This document shows positions 1-9,295 of a DNA stretch of 30,077 nucleotides, in pieces. The notes beneath the pieces were generated by a model. That model saw only the letters and a list, made by a program, of their open reading frames with translations, was not told the origin of the DNA and ran no database searches. The DNA lies in the NCBI GenBank assembly GCA_044222065.1, contig JBGAOA010000032.1, positions 19,575 to 49,651 on the forward strand. Direction: 5' to 3'. Source of the stretch: Candidatus Eiseniibacteriota bacterium. Its GTDB lineage: Bacteria; Eisenbacteria; RBG-16-71-46. Position 1 is the first letter of the stretch. The number at the start of each line of letters is the position of its first letter. The position numbers and the translations under genes are program-made.

Positions 1-68
1 CCGCCGACACCTTCGAGTCGGCGGGCCGCCCTGGAACCTCCGGCGCCTCGCGGCGCCTGCGACCGGCC

Positions 69-191
69 AGGCTCCGTTTGAAAACCCGATTGCCGCGTTG
101 GCTCGTTCGTTCGTCACTGCGGAGTGTCCTGCGGACACACCTCGTTCCTCACGCCCTCGCCGCCTTGCACTCGGGTTTTCAGACGGAGCCT
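69..191. mobile_element. MITE/REP-like non-autonomous element with 21-bp terminal inverted repeats
   Basis: AGGCTCCGTTTGAAAACCCGA (69-89) is the reverse complement of TCGGGTTTTCAGACGGAGCCT (171-191) with one mismatch. There is an internal hairpin GTGTCC-TGC-GGACAC. Flanks are CCAG (67-70) and CTAG (190-193). The element has no coding capacity. Confidence 0.6.
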
Positions 192-2301
192 AGACGCTCA
201 TCACTCTCGCGTACTCCGCACCGACGCGCCCCTCGCGACAGGCCTTGGACGCGAGGAACTCGGCCGCGAGCTTCGCCTGAAGCGCGAGCGCATCGGCCGC
301 GGGAACGGCGCACGACTTCGCGATGCACTGCGCGATCGCGTCGCGTGCGGCCTGGGTGAGCGGCCCGTCCGCGGGCGGAAGCCCCGCGCCGTCCGACGGC
401 ACGCCCGCGAGAGCGCCCGCTTCGAGCGGCCGCTTCGCGAGCGTCTTCGCGCCGCTCGCGAGTCCCCACGCGAGCGCGAGCGCGTCGTTCACGGGCAGCG
501 CCGCGTCGATCAGCCAGCCCGCCGCGTCCTTCGCCTTCACGGGCTCGCCCGCGAGCAGCATCGCCGCGAGCTTCGGCCAGCGCTCCTTCGGCGCACGCCG
601 GAACGGCCAGTGGCACGCCTCCATTCCCGGCACGACCGGCAGCGACACCTCGGGCCATCCGAAGCGGGCGTCGTCCACGGCGACGACGTAGTGGCAGTGC
701 ATCACCGCCTCGAGCATGCCGCCGAGGCAGCGCTTTCCGCCGACGAATCCGACCGACACGTCGAAGTCGTCCCAGAAGCGCCGCGCGGTCTTCGTCCAGC
801 CGTTCGTGATCGCGAGACCCTTCTGCACGTCCTCGAGCGCGCCGAAGAAGTCGGACGTGTCGGCGCCGACCATCTGCGTGCTCAGGTGGAAGTCGCCGCT
901 CACGATGAGCCGCCGGATGCCGGCCGCCTTCAGCCAGTCCAGCGCGCGGTTCAGCTCGCGGTCCACCTCCCAGCTGTAGCTCTCGCGCGCGATCGTCACG
1001 ACGCCGACCTCGCCGTCGTGCTCGGCGTTCACGTACAGCTGCTGCCACTCGGGCGTGTCCATGCGGTCGAACGCCTCGGGGTGCCACGCCCGCTTCGCCG
1101 CCTCCGGGTGGAGCCGGTGGTACGCCGCGACCGTCTCCTTCACCTTCGCCGCTCCCGCTTCGCGCGCCATCGCGACCGCGCCCTTGCGGAATTGCGCGCA
1201 CAGCTCGCCGATCGCGTTCATGTGCGTCAGGTGCGCGCGCTTCTCGTGCAGCATCAGGCTCGTCATCTGGAAGATCGGCCCGAGCACCCGGACGCGGAAT
1301 TCTTCGTGTTCCTCGGGGCTCAGCGTCCAGTCCACGAGCGGGCGGAAGTGGTCGGGCGGGTACCACGGCTGGCCCGTGTCCTTGCGTTCGACGAGTTCCG
1401 GCGTCGGCGTGAACAGCTCGCCGTACGTCTTCGACAGGTGGTGCAGGCACGACCAGGTGAGGAAGTCCGCGCCCTTCGCGCCGATCGCGTCGTGCGCGCG
1501 GAACGGGTTCGGACCGACGAGCCGGCGCACGAGCTTGTCGGCCTTCCAGAACGGCAGGTTCGTCGCGCGGTGCACCTGCAGGCCCGCGTGCGTCACGCCG
1601 CAGAACAGCACGTCGAGCACGAAGGACCAGTCGTCGCTCACCGGCACCGGCACGAGGCCGAGCGCCCACAGCAGCGGCGTCACCGACGACGGACCGTGCT
1701 CGACCGTCTCCCACAGCTTGTTGATCTCGTGCGGGAACGCGGGGTGCGCGATGCCGACGCCGAGTTCCTTCGCCGGGAAGCCCGACGTGACGCTGCGGAT
1801 CTCGATGCCGGGGAAGGTGTCGCGGAAGAGCTGGTAGTGCGCGCGCTTCACTTCGAGGATCTCGGGGATCGCCTCGAGCAGGAAGCGTGGCTTCAGCGTC
1901 TTCAGCTCTTCGGGCAGGTGGCGGCCGTCGTACGTGAGCCGCACGATGTTCCCCATGATGCGCGCCGCGCCGTCCTTGCCGAACGCGGCGACGAGGCCGG
2001 GCCACTGCTTGCCGATGCCGTCCGGCGCGCCCGGGAAGTCGAGCGCCACGACGCGCACGCCGAACGGCTCGAGGCGGGATCCGAGCTGCATGGTCTTGCC
2101 GGCGCCGACGATGCCGGACGCGCCCGAGATCACGAGCGATCCGCGGTCGTCCTTCGGTCCGAACACCTTCTCGACGAGCGCTTCCGCGTCGGCCGGGAGC
2201 GCGCCGCGCCTGAAGACGTCGAGCACGGTGCCGAGGCCGAGCGTTTCGAGCGTGGGCGGACGCAGCGTCGTCACCGCCGCGCCGGTCGCGGTCTTCGTCA
2301 T
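190..2301 (-). CDS. 3-hydroxyacyl-CoA dehydrogenase / enoyl-CoA hydratase bifunctional protein (HAD N-terminal, crotonase C-terminal), 703 aa
   Basis: True start is MTKTATG at 2301, with an ATGA overlap on the thiolase stop. Motifs: Rossmann-like LVISGASGIVGAG, LLEAIPEILEVK, AHPAFPHEINKLWE (His/Glu pair), and crotonase CLGGMLEA and FGWPEVSLPVVPG. Confidence 0.85.
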   Translation of the reverse strand: MTKTATGAAVTTLRPPTLETLGLGTVLDVFRRGALPADAEALVEKVFGPKDDRGSLVISGASGIVGAGKTMQLGSRLEPFGVRVVALDFPGAPDGIGKQWPGLVAAFGKDGAARIMGNIVRLTYDGRHLPEELKTLKPRFLLEAIPEILEVKRAHYQLFRDTFPGIEIRSVTSGFPAKELGVGIAHPAFPHEINKLWETVEHGPSSVTPLLWALGLVPVPVSDDWSFVLDVLFCGVTHAGLQVHRATNLPFWKADKLVRRLVGPNPFRAHDAIGAKGADFLTWSCLHHLSKTYGELFTPTPELVERKDTGQPWYPPDHFRPLVDWTLSPEEHEEFRVRVLGPIFQMTSLMLHEKRAHLTHMNAIGELCAQFRKGAVAMAREAGAAKVKETVAAYHRLHPEAAKRAWHPEAFDRMDTPEWQQLYVNAEHDGEVGVVTIARESYSWEVDRELNRALDWLKAAGIRRLIVSGDFHLSTQMVGADTSDFFGALEDVQKGLAITNGWTKTARRFWDDFDVSVGFVGGKRCLGGMLEAVMHCHYVVAVDDARFGWPEVSLPVVPGMEACHWPFRRAPKERWPKLAAMLLAGEPVKAKDAAGWLIDAALPVNDALALAWGLASGAKTLAKRPLEAGALAGVPSDGAGLPPADGPLTQAARDAIAQCIAKSCAVPAADALALQAKLAAEFLASKACREGRVGAEYARVMSV

Positions 2302-3509
2302 CGCGGGCCTCCTTCCGAGACTTCGAACAGCGCCGCGATGCCGACGTCGCCGGCCGCGCAGCCGAAGATCAGGACGTAGCCGCCGCCGAGGTCCACCGCC
2401 TCCTCGAGCGCCTCGATCAGGACGCGCGTGAGCGTCGGTCCCTGCGGGTGGCCCCACACGAGCGAGCAGCCCGTCTGGTTGAGCTTCCGCCAGTCGAAGC
2501 CCGTCACCTTCGTGAACACGACGTCGTTCACGGCGAACGGGTTGTGGTTCTTCGCCACCTTCACGTCGTCCATCGTGAGGCCGACGTGCTTCAGCAGCTT
2601 CTGCACCGCGAACGCCGGCGCCTCGGGCATCAGGCTCGGCTGCGTGCGCGCTTCGGCCTTGCCGACGAGCCGGATGTCGATCTCGGGGCGGCGCGAGAGC
2701 CGCTGCGCCTTCTCGCGCGAGGTCACGAGCAGCGTCGCCATGCCGTCCGAGGCGTGCGTCTGCGTGCCGCCCGTGACGCACGTGTCGAGTTCGCGCTGCG
2801 CGCGCAGGGCGCCGATCGTGACGGGCTTCACGCCGGCGTCGGAGTCCACCGTGCCGAGCTTGCGGCCCGCGACGTTCAACAGGTCGAGCGGCACCATCAC
2901 GCGCGCGAGGAAACCCGAGTCCTTCGCGCGGAAGTACTGCTCGTAGCGCACCGCCGCGCACTCGTCCACTTCGCGCCGGTCGAGGCCGTACTTGCGCGCG
3001 GTGATGCCCGCGGCCGTGATCATCGCGTTGCCCGTCGCGGGATCGAAGCCGAAGTTGTCCCACACGTCGGCGATCGCCTGCGTGCGCTGGTGCGCGCGGC
3101 GCTCGGGGAACACGCCCACGGGCGAGTCGCTCGTGCGGTCGAACGTCAGCACGCCGACCGCGTCCTTCGTGCCCGATTCGACCTCGGCCGCGCCGAGCAG
3201 CACCGCCTGCAGCCCCGTCGCGCACGCCTGCTCGACGTGGTAGCCGGGGAGGCGCTCGCCCATGCAGCTCGCGACGAGCGGCGCGGTCCAGAACTTCCAG
3301 TGCCACGGGATCGTGGAGCCGAGCACCAGGTAGTCGAGTTCGTGCTTCGGCACTTTGCGCAGGCCGAGGATGCGGCCCATCGCCTCGCCCGCGAACTGGC
3401 CGATGTTCACCTCGGCGAGCGCGCTCGTCTGCCAGGCGGGGAAGTAGCTGCTGCCCCACGTGCCGTACGGAATCCGGGCGCGCGGGAACAGTGTCGCGGT
3501 GGTCTTCAT
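2298..3509 (-). CDS. thiolase family protein (acetyl-CoA C-acyltransferase), 403 aa
   Basis: EQACATGLQA (nucleophilic Cys), HASDGMATLL, NHNPFAVND, GCSLVWGHPQGPT and FGCAAGDVG. GAGG RBS upstream. Confidence 0.92.
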   Translation of the reverse strand: MKTTATLFPRARIPYGTWGSSYFPAWQTSALAEVNIGQFAGEAMGRILGLRKVPKHELDYLVLGSTIPWHWKFWTAPLVASCMGERLPGYHVEQACATGLQAVLLGAAEVESGTKDAVGVLTFDRTSDSPVGVFPERRAHQRTQAIADVWDNFGFDPATGNAMITAAGITARKYGLDRREVDECAAVRYEQYFRAKDSGFLARVMVPLDLLNVAGRKLGTVDSDAGVKPVTIGALRAQRELDTCVTGGTQTHASDGMATLLVTSREKAQRLSRRPEIDIRLVGKAEARTQPSLMPEAPAFAVQKLLKHVGLTMDDVKVAKNHNPFAVNDVVFTKVTGFDWRKLNQTGCSLVWGHPQGPTLTRVLIEALEEAVDLGGGYVLIFGCAAGDVGIAALFEVSEGGPR

Positions 3510-3624
3510 CGGGGACCTCGGTGATCGCGGAGTTCGGATGCGGGGCGCGCGCGGGGCGCGCGCGAACCGCGACAGTGGAGCAAAAAGGCGGGTTGAAGTC
3601 GAGGCCCGAAACGCCGCCGGCGCG

Positions 3625-4545
3625 CTACGAGAACAGGCTGCGCGCGACGAACCAGACGTTCGCCGGGCGCTCGGCGAGGCGCCGCATGTACCACGGGAAC
3701 CAGTAGCTCCCGTAGGCGATCAGCACGCGCACGTTCGCGCCCTCGGCGGCGAGCGCGCGCTGGGCGGCGCGCTGGATGCCGTAGAGCATGTGGATCTCGC
3801 AGGCCGCGTCCGGCGCGCCCGCCGCCCGCGCGTGCTCGCGGACGCGCGCGACGAGCCCGAGGTCGTGCGTTCCGAACGCGAGCCGCGCCCCGGCCGCGCG
3901 CCCCGCGGGCGAGAGCATCGTGCGCGCGAGGGTGAAGTACGCCGCGTCCACGTCGCGCTTCGCGGCGTGCGCGACGGACGGCGGTTCGCGGTAGGCGCCC
4001 TTCACGAGCCGCACGCCGCAGCCCGACTCGAGCAGCGCCGGAAGGTCCGCCGGCGTGCGGTGGAGGTAGCTCTGAAGGCACACGCCGACGTTCGGGAACG
4101 CGACGCGCACGTTGCGCACCATCGACAGCGTGCGATCCACGTAGGGGGACTGCTCCATGTCCACCCACAGGTAGAACCCGCGCGCATCCGCCCGGGCCGC
4201 GATCGTGCACAGCGCCTCGAAGCACCGCTCTTCGTCCACGTCGAGCCCGAGCTGCGTGAGCTTCACCGACGGTTCGCACTCGAGACGCTCGGCGACGACG
4301 CGGTCGAGCGCGTCCAGGTAGTGGCGCGTGACGGACTCGGCCTCGTCGGTGCGCGTCACGTTCTCGCCGAGCCGTGTGAACACGCACCGCAGGCCCGCGG
4401 CCGACTGCTCGCGGGCCGCGGCGAGCATGTCGTCGAACGTCTCGCCGGGCATGAAGCGCCGCGTCGCACGCCGGACGAACGCGGCCTTCGTGGCGCGATC
4501 GCGCAGCCAGGCGCTTCCGGACATCGCGAGCAGAAGCGAACGCAT
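3625..4545 (-). CDS. monofunctional proline dehydrogenase, 306 aa
   Basis: RFMPGET, LGENV, SVKLTQLGL, VDMEQS, GVCLQSYLHRT, VRLVKGAYREP, FGTHD, MLYGI and WFPWYMRRLAERPAN. Confidence 0.95.
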   Translation of the reverse strand: MRSLLLAMSGSAWLRDRATKAAFVRRATRRFMPGETFDDMLAAAREQSAAGLRCVFTRLGENVTRTDEAESVTRHYLDALDRVVAERLECEPSVKLTQLGLDVDEERCFEALCTIAARADARGFYLWVDMEQSPYVDRTLSMVRNVRVAFPNVGVCLQSYLHRTPADLPALLESGCGVRLVKGAYREPPSVAHAAKRDVDAAYFTLARTMLSPAGRAAGARLAFGTHDLGLVARVREHARAAGAPDAACEIHMLYGIQRAAQRALAAEGANVRVLIAYGSYWFPWYMRRLAERPANVWFVARSLFS

Positions 4546-4629
4546 CGTGCGCGGGCCCCCCGAGAACGCCGAACCGGCGCGCCCCTCGCGGAGCGCGCCG
4601 GCAGCATACGACGGACGCCGAGCCCGGTT

Positions 4630-5805
4630 CTACGCCGCCTTCGCCTCCGCGGCGCGCGACTCGGGCGGCACGATCACGTGGATCTTGATCGCCGTCACTT
4701 CGGGCGGGCTGTTGTCGATACGGGCGACGAGGCTGCGCGACACCGTGAAGCCGCGGGCCGCGAGCAGGATGCCGCTCGGCAGCTTCAGGTCCTCGACCAG
4801 CGTCATGCCTTCGCGCAGGGCGCCGAGCCGCAGCTCGCGCACCTCCTGCCGCTCGCTCGACTCGCCGCGCAGCCGCGTCAGCGCGTCGAGAACGTCGCCC
4901 GCGTAGCGGTTCGAGTGCGCGCGCATCGTGTCGATCGCTTCCGCGGGCGAGTCGCCGTTCGACTCGAGCGTGTCGTAGTCGAGCGCGACCCTCAGGATCT
5001 GGGCGCCCCGGTCGATCACCGGGTCCACGGCGGCGCCGGCCGCGCGCGGATCGGCCCACGTACGCTGCGCGAGCCGCGCGAGCATCGCGCGCACGGCGTC
5101 GAGCCGCGGGATGTGGGCGAGCAACTGCTCGGTGATCGCCGGTACGCGGTCGACGAGCGCGCGCTCGCTGTCCGACAGCGGCCGCGCGTACTGCGCCTTC
5201 TCGACGACCTCCATGGGCAGCGTCACGAAGCCGATCTGCGAGAGCATCGCCGCGACGTCGAGCTGCCAGCGGTCCCCGAAGCTCAGCGCGCCGGCCAGCT
5301 CGCTCGCAAGCGTCTGGATGCGTGACGCCCGGCCGAACGCGAGCGGGTTCGTGAGCGCGAGGATGTCCGTGAGCGCCTCGATGCTGCCGCGCAGCGTCTG
5401 TTCGAGCAGCACGCGTTCGGCGGTGACGAGCCGGTTCATCTCGACCGCGGCGGCGAGCGCGACCTGCAGCTGCTCGGGCGGCAGCGGCTTCGTCAGGAAG
5501 CGGAAGATCTGACCGTCGTTCACGGCCGAGATCGCCGAGGCGAGATCGGCCTGGCCCGTGAGGAGCACGCGGGTCGCGTCCGGCGCCGTCGCCCGTGCTT
5601 CCTTGAGGAACGCCGCGCCGTCCATGCCCGGCATGCGCATGTCCGAGACGACGACCGCGACCTCGGGGTGCGCGCGCAGCAGCTCGAGTCCCTGCGAGCC
5701 GCTCGTCGCGGTGAGCACCTGGTACTTGCGGCGCAGGTGGAGGGTGAGTCCCTCGAGCACGTTCGGTTCGTCGTCCACGCACAGGATCACGATTCGCTCG
5801 CTCAT
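4630..5805 (-). CDS. response regulator with degenerate HD/HD-GYP-like output domain (RpfG-like), 391 aa
   Basis: True start is MSERIVILCVDDE at 5805 (TGATG overlap). REC motifs VDDE, SDMRMPGMDG and FLTKP. The output domain has AAMLSQIG where HDIG is expected. C-terminal LREGMTLVEDL...GILLAARG. Confidence 0.88.
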   Translation of the reverse strand: MSERIVILCVDDEPNVLEGLTLHLRRKYQVLTATSGSQGLELLRAHPEVAVVVSDMRMPGMDGAAFLKEARATAPDATRVLLTGQADLASAISAVNDGQIFRFLTKPLPPEQLQVALAAAVEMNRLVTAERVLLEQTLRGSIEALTDILALTNPLAFGRASRIQTLASELAGALSFGDRWQLDVAAMLSQIGFVTLPMEVVEKAQYARPLSDSERALVDRVPAITEQLLAHIPRLDAVRAMLARLAQRTWADPRAAGAAVDPVIDRGAQILRVALDYDTLESNGDSPAEAIDTMRAHSNRYAGDVLDALTRLRGESSERQEVRELRLGALREGMTLVEDLKLPSGILLAARGFTVSRSLVARIDNSPPEVTAIKIHVIVPPESRAAEAKAA

Positions 5806-7040
5806 CACGCTGCCTCCCTGTCGGCCGAGCCGGATTGCGGCTCCTCCGGCGCGGCTTCCGCTCGTGCGAGCTCGCGCCATTCCTCGATGTGTGACGTGAG
5901 ACCCATGGACTCGATGAACGCGAAGTCGAGCGGATGCTGCGGGCTCGATCCCGCGCTCGCGATGCGCAGCTCGTCGACGAGGCCCGCCGCGATGTGCACC
6001 GCCGCGAGTACGGCGCGCGGGCCTTCGGGGACGCGCGCCGGTTCGTGGTGATAGGCGACCGCCTCGACGATCGGGATCGGCAGCCCCCACGAGCCGAGCA
6101 GGTAGGCGCCCATCTCGGCGTGCGTCATGCCGAAGGCGTCGAACTCCTCGAGGTACAGCGGCCGGCCGCTCGTGCGCGAGGACTCGAACACCTTCGCGAA
6201 CTTCTGCTTCATGCCGTACGCCTCGACCACGATGCCGAGGTCGTGCAGCAGGCCCGCGGCGAACGCGTCGTCGGCGAACTTCGGGTCCGAGACGATTCGG
6301 CGGGCGATGCGCGCCGTGAGCAGCGAGCGGTGCTGGAGCTCGTTCAGCGACACGGGGCACTGGGCGTCGTTCTCGAGCGTCGAGAAGACGTGCGCGGTCA
6401 GCGCGAGCGAACGGATCAGCTCGAGTCCGAGGAACGCGACGGCGCGCTCGACGGACGTCACGGGCTGCGACAGCCCGAAGTACGCCGAGTTCACGAGCTG
6501 CAGCACCTTCGCCGACATCGCCGGGTCGTTCTCGACGACCGCGGAGACGTCGGCGATGCCGCGGTCCGGGTCGGCCATCACGAGCGTCAGCTCGCGATAG
6601 AGCTTCGGCGCCGAGGGCAGGCGGTCCATGCGGCCGATCGCCTTGCGCATGCCCTCGTCGGCGAGCGCGTCGCGCAGGCGCAGCGCGCGCGTGAGCGTGA
6701 TGCGCAGCGCGTCCGGGTCGGCCGGCTTGCTCATGAACTGCTGCGCCGACGTGAGGGCCTTCGTCACGGCCTCGCGCTCGGCGTGCCCGGAGAGCACGAA
6801 GCGCAGCACCTCGGGATGGCGCTCGCGCACCTGCTCGAGCAGCATCGCGCCGTCCATCCCGGGCATGCGCATGTCCGACACGATGACGTCGAACGGCTGC
6901 TGCTCGAGCGCCTTGAGCGCGGCCTCGCCGCTCGTCACGAACGTCATGTCCCACTCCTTGCGCTGGCGCCGGAGCAGGTCCTGGATGCCCTCGAGAATCT
7001 GCGGTTCGTCGTCGACGAACAGGATCTTCTGCGAATTCAC
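5805..7040 (-). CDS. response regulator with HDOD domain, 411 aa
   Basis: GTG start [12 protein letters not shown] at 7040 (GTGA overlap). REC domain followed by HDOD motifs LPSAPK, DPAMSAKVLQLVNSAYFG, GLLHDLG, HAEMGAYLLGSWGLP and YHHEP. Confidence 0.92.
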   Translation of the reverse strand: MNSQKILFVDDEPQILEGIQDLLRRQRKEWDMTFVTSGEAALKALEQQPFDVIVSDMRMPGMDGAMLLEQVRERHPEVLRFVLSGHAEREAVTKALTSAQQFMSKPADPDALRITLTRALRLRDALADEGMRKAIGRMDRLPSAPKLYRELTLVMADPDRGIADVSAVVENDPAMSAKVLQLVNSAYFGLSQPVTSVERAVAFLGLELIRSLALTAHVFSTLENDAQCPVSLNELQHRSLLTARIARRIVSDPKFADDAFAAGLLHDLGIVVEAYGMKQKFAKVFESSRTSGRPLYLEEFDAFGMTHAEMGAYLLGSWGLPIPIVEAVAYHHEPARVPEGPRAVLAAVHIAAGLVDELRIASAGSSPQHPLDFAFIESMGLTSHIEEWRELARAEAAPEEPQSGSADREAA

Positions 7041-8980
7041 GCCGCCTCCTGCAGCGCGGCCGTCCGTCCGAGGACGGGAAGCCGGAGGATGAAGGTCGTG
7101 CCCTGACCGGATTGGGTTTCGAAGCGGATGTCGCCGCCGTGCTTGTCCACGACGATGCTGCGAGCGATCGACAGCCCCTGGCCGGTGCCCTTGCCGACTT
7201 CCTTGGTGGTGAAGAACGGGTCGAAGATGCGCTCGCGGATGCCCTCGGGGATCCCGCCGCCCGTGTCCGAGATCTCGATCACGGCGAAGTCGCCGTCGAG
7301 CGACGTGCGCACGAGGATGCGGCCACGCCGCTCGGTGCCGCGCACCTGGTCCGCGATCGCGTGCGCCGCGTTCACGACGATGTTCAGTACGGCCTGGTTG
7401 ATGTCGCCGGGGAAGCACCGCACCGGCGGCAGGTCCGCGAACTCGGTCACCGCGTCGGCGACGTACTTGTACTCGTTGCGCGCGATCGTGAGCGTGCTCT
7501 GGATGCCGCGGTTCAGGTCGACCGTGGTCATCTCCTTCTGGTCCGGGTGCGCGAATTCCTTCATCGAGCGCACGATCGCGGTGACGCGTCCGAGCCCCTC
7601 GAGCGAACGGTCGAGCGCTCGCGGGGCGTTCTCGACGAAATAGTCCACGTCCGCCTCCTCGCGCTCGCGGTCGAGCCGCGCCACGAGTTCCGCCGGCGCG
7701 GCGCCCGAGCGCGCCGCGTCGTGCAGTTCGCGGTAGCTCGCGAGCAGCGTCGAGAGGTCCAGCATCGCGTCGCGCAGGAAGTGGATGCTGTCGCTCACGA
7801 ACTGCACCGGCGTGTTGATCTCGTGCGCCACGCCGGCCGCGAGCCGGCCCACCGACTCGAGCTTCTGCGCCTGCCGCAGCTCGGACTCGAGCTGTCGCGC
7901 CTCGGACACGTCTTGGAGCACGCCGCGCAGGTACGGGGGGATCAGCGAGTCCATGAGGTCGTCGCCCGACACGCTGCCCATCACGAGCGAGCCGTTGAGC
8001 CGTATCCAGCGCACGCGCCCGTCGGCGCCCACGACCCGGAACTCGAGCTCGCCCTCGCCCGCGCGCGCGATGCGTTCGAGGTCCTCGCCGAACTTCGCGC
8101 GACACTCGGCGTGCATCTCGACGGTCGCGAAGTCGGGCGCCGTCCAGCGCTCCTGCGGGATGTGGGTCAGCTCGGCGATCTGCGGCCCGATGTAGCTGAA
8201 GCGCCGCGCCGCCGCATCCAGCTCGAACGGCACCGTGCGCGTGGTTTCGACGAGCACGCGGTACTGCTCGCGGCTCGTCGCGAGCACGCGCGTGCGCTCG
8301 TTCACGCGCTCTTCGAAATCGGCGTTCAAGGCTTCGAGCTCGGCCTGCCGCAGCGACAGGATGCGCATCTCGATGACGTTCTCGTGGATGCCCCGGTACA
8401 GGATCGCGGCTTCGAATCCGACCCACACGGGGTGGAGCAGGGGGCGCCACCACTCGGGGTGCGCCGTGCCGTAGACGAGCGTCGGCCAGAACACGCCGGT
8501 GACGCCGTTCGCCGCGAGCGTCGTCAAGATCCCCGTCGTCAACACCCAGGGGTCGCGGTAGTAGGCCAGGAACGCGAGCGAGCCGAATACGTGGAGGTGC
8601 GACTCGAGTCGGCCGCCCGAGATGTGCACGAACAGCGCCGACCAGCTCATCTGCGCCACGGCGACCGCGTGCCGCGTGATCCGCGACGACGGGCGGAGGA
8701 AGGTGAGCAAGAGGACGGGCAGCGTGATCTCGGTGCCGAAGATCAGCGCGTACCACACCTGCAGCACGCCCGAGTGATCGGTCGAGCCCCGGACGTGCGG
8801 CGCGACGAAGAACTCGAGCAGCAGCGCGGCCACCCACTGGCCGACGAGCAGCCACGCGAACGCGCGGTCGCGCCGCCGGTACGTCGCCCGCATCTCCTCG
8901 TCGAAGAGGTCACGCGCGCGGTCGCGCACGTGCTTCGGCGCGGCACGGTAGTGCTCGCGGAACTCGCGGAACGACTTCAC
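7037..8980 (-). CDS. membrane-bound PAS sensor histidine kinase (NtrB-like HisKA/HATPase), 647 aa
   Basis: About 5-6 TM N-terminal domain ([18 protein letters not shown]), a PAS domain, H-box [13 protein letters not shown]-box NIVVNAAHA, and [14 protein letters not shown] and GTGQGL. Confidence 0.93.
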   Translation of the reverse strand: MKSFREFREHYRAAPKHVRDRARDLFDEEMRATYRRRDRAFAWLLVGQWVAALLLEFFVAPHVRGSTDHSGVLQVWYALIFGTEITLPVLLLTFLRPSSRITRHAVAVAQMSWSALFVHISGGRLESHLHVFGSLAFLAYYRDPWVLTTGILTTLAANGVTGVFWPTLVYGTAHPEWWRPLLHPVWVGFEAAILYRGIHENVIEMRILSLRQAELEALNADFEERVNERTRVLATSREQYRVLVETTRTVPFELDAAARRFSYIGPQIAELTHIPQERWTAPDFATVEMHAECRAKFGEDLERIARAGEGELEFRVVGADGRVRWIRLNGSLVMGSVSGDDLMDSLIPPYLRGVLQDVSEARQLESELRQAQKLESVGRLAAGVAHEINTPVQFVSDSIHFLRDAMLDLSTLLASYRELHDAARSGAAPAELVARLDREREEADVDYFVENAPRALDRSLEGLGRVTAIVRSMKEFAHPDQKEMTTVDLNRGIQSTLTIARNEYKYVADAVTEFADLPPVRCFPGDINQAVLNIVVNAAHAIADQVRGTERRGRILVRTSLDGDFAVIEISDTGGGIPEGIRERIFDPFFTTKEVGKGTGQGLSIARSIVVDKHGGDIRFETQSGQGTTFILRLPVLGRTAALQEAA

Positions 8981-9295
8981 GCGCGTCCCTCCGCGCGCCG
9001 CGCTCGCGAGACTTCGCCATGCTTCGACACGCGCCCTCCCGTCGTTGAACCGCGCGCCCCGGCGTCCAGTCGCCGACGGCGCGCGGAGGGACGGCGGCGC
9101 GCGTGACGGGCACGCGGGGCGCCGCCGGACGCGGGGTCGTCGCCCGGGGTTTCCCGGGCAAGTTTCGTCGGGTGCGGGCTGGAATTTGAGGGCGCCGGAA
9201 CGGCCGGGCCGTCGCCGGCCGCTCAGCGGGATCGAAGAGCGATCTCGCGTGAAGGATGGACCGAACCGACGGGCGGCCGCGCGGCCGCGCGCGAC

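Noticed and set aside
3510..3624. Intrinsic terminator after the proline dehydrogenase (GGCGG...CCGCC-TTTTT on the minus strand)
   Set aside because: The stem is short with a long irregular loop, too weak to call.
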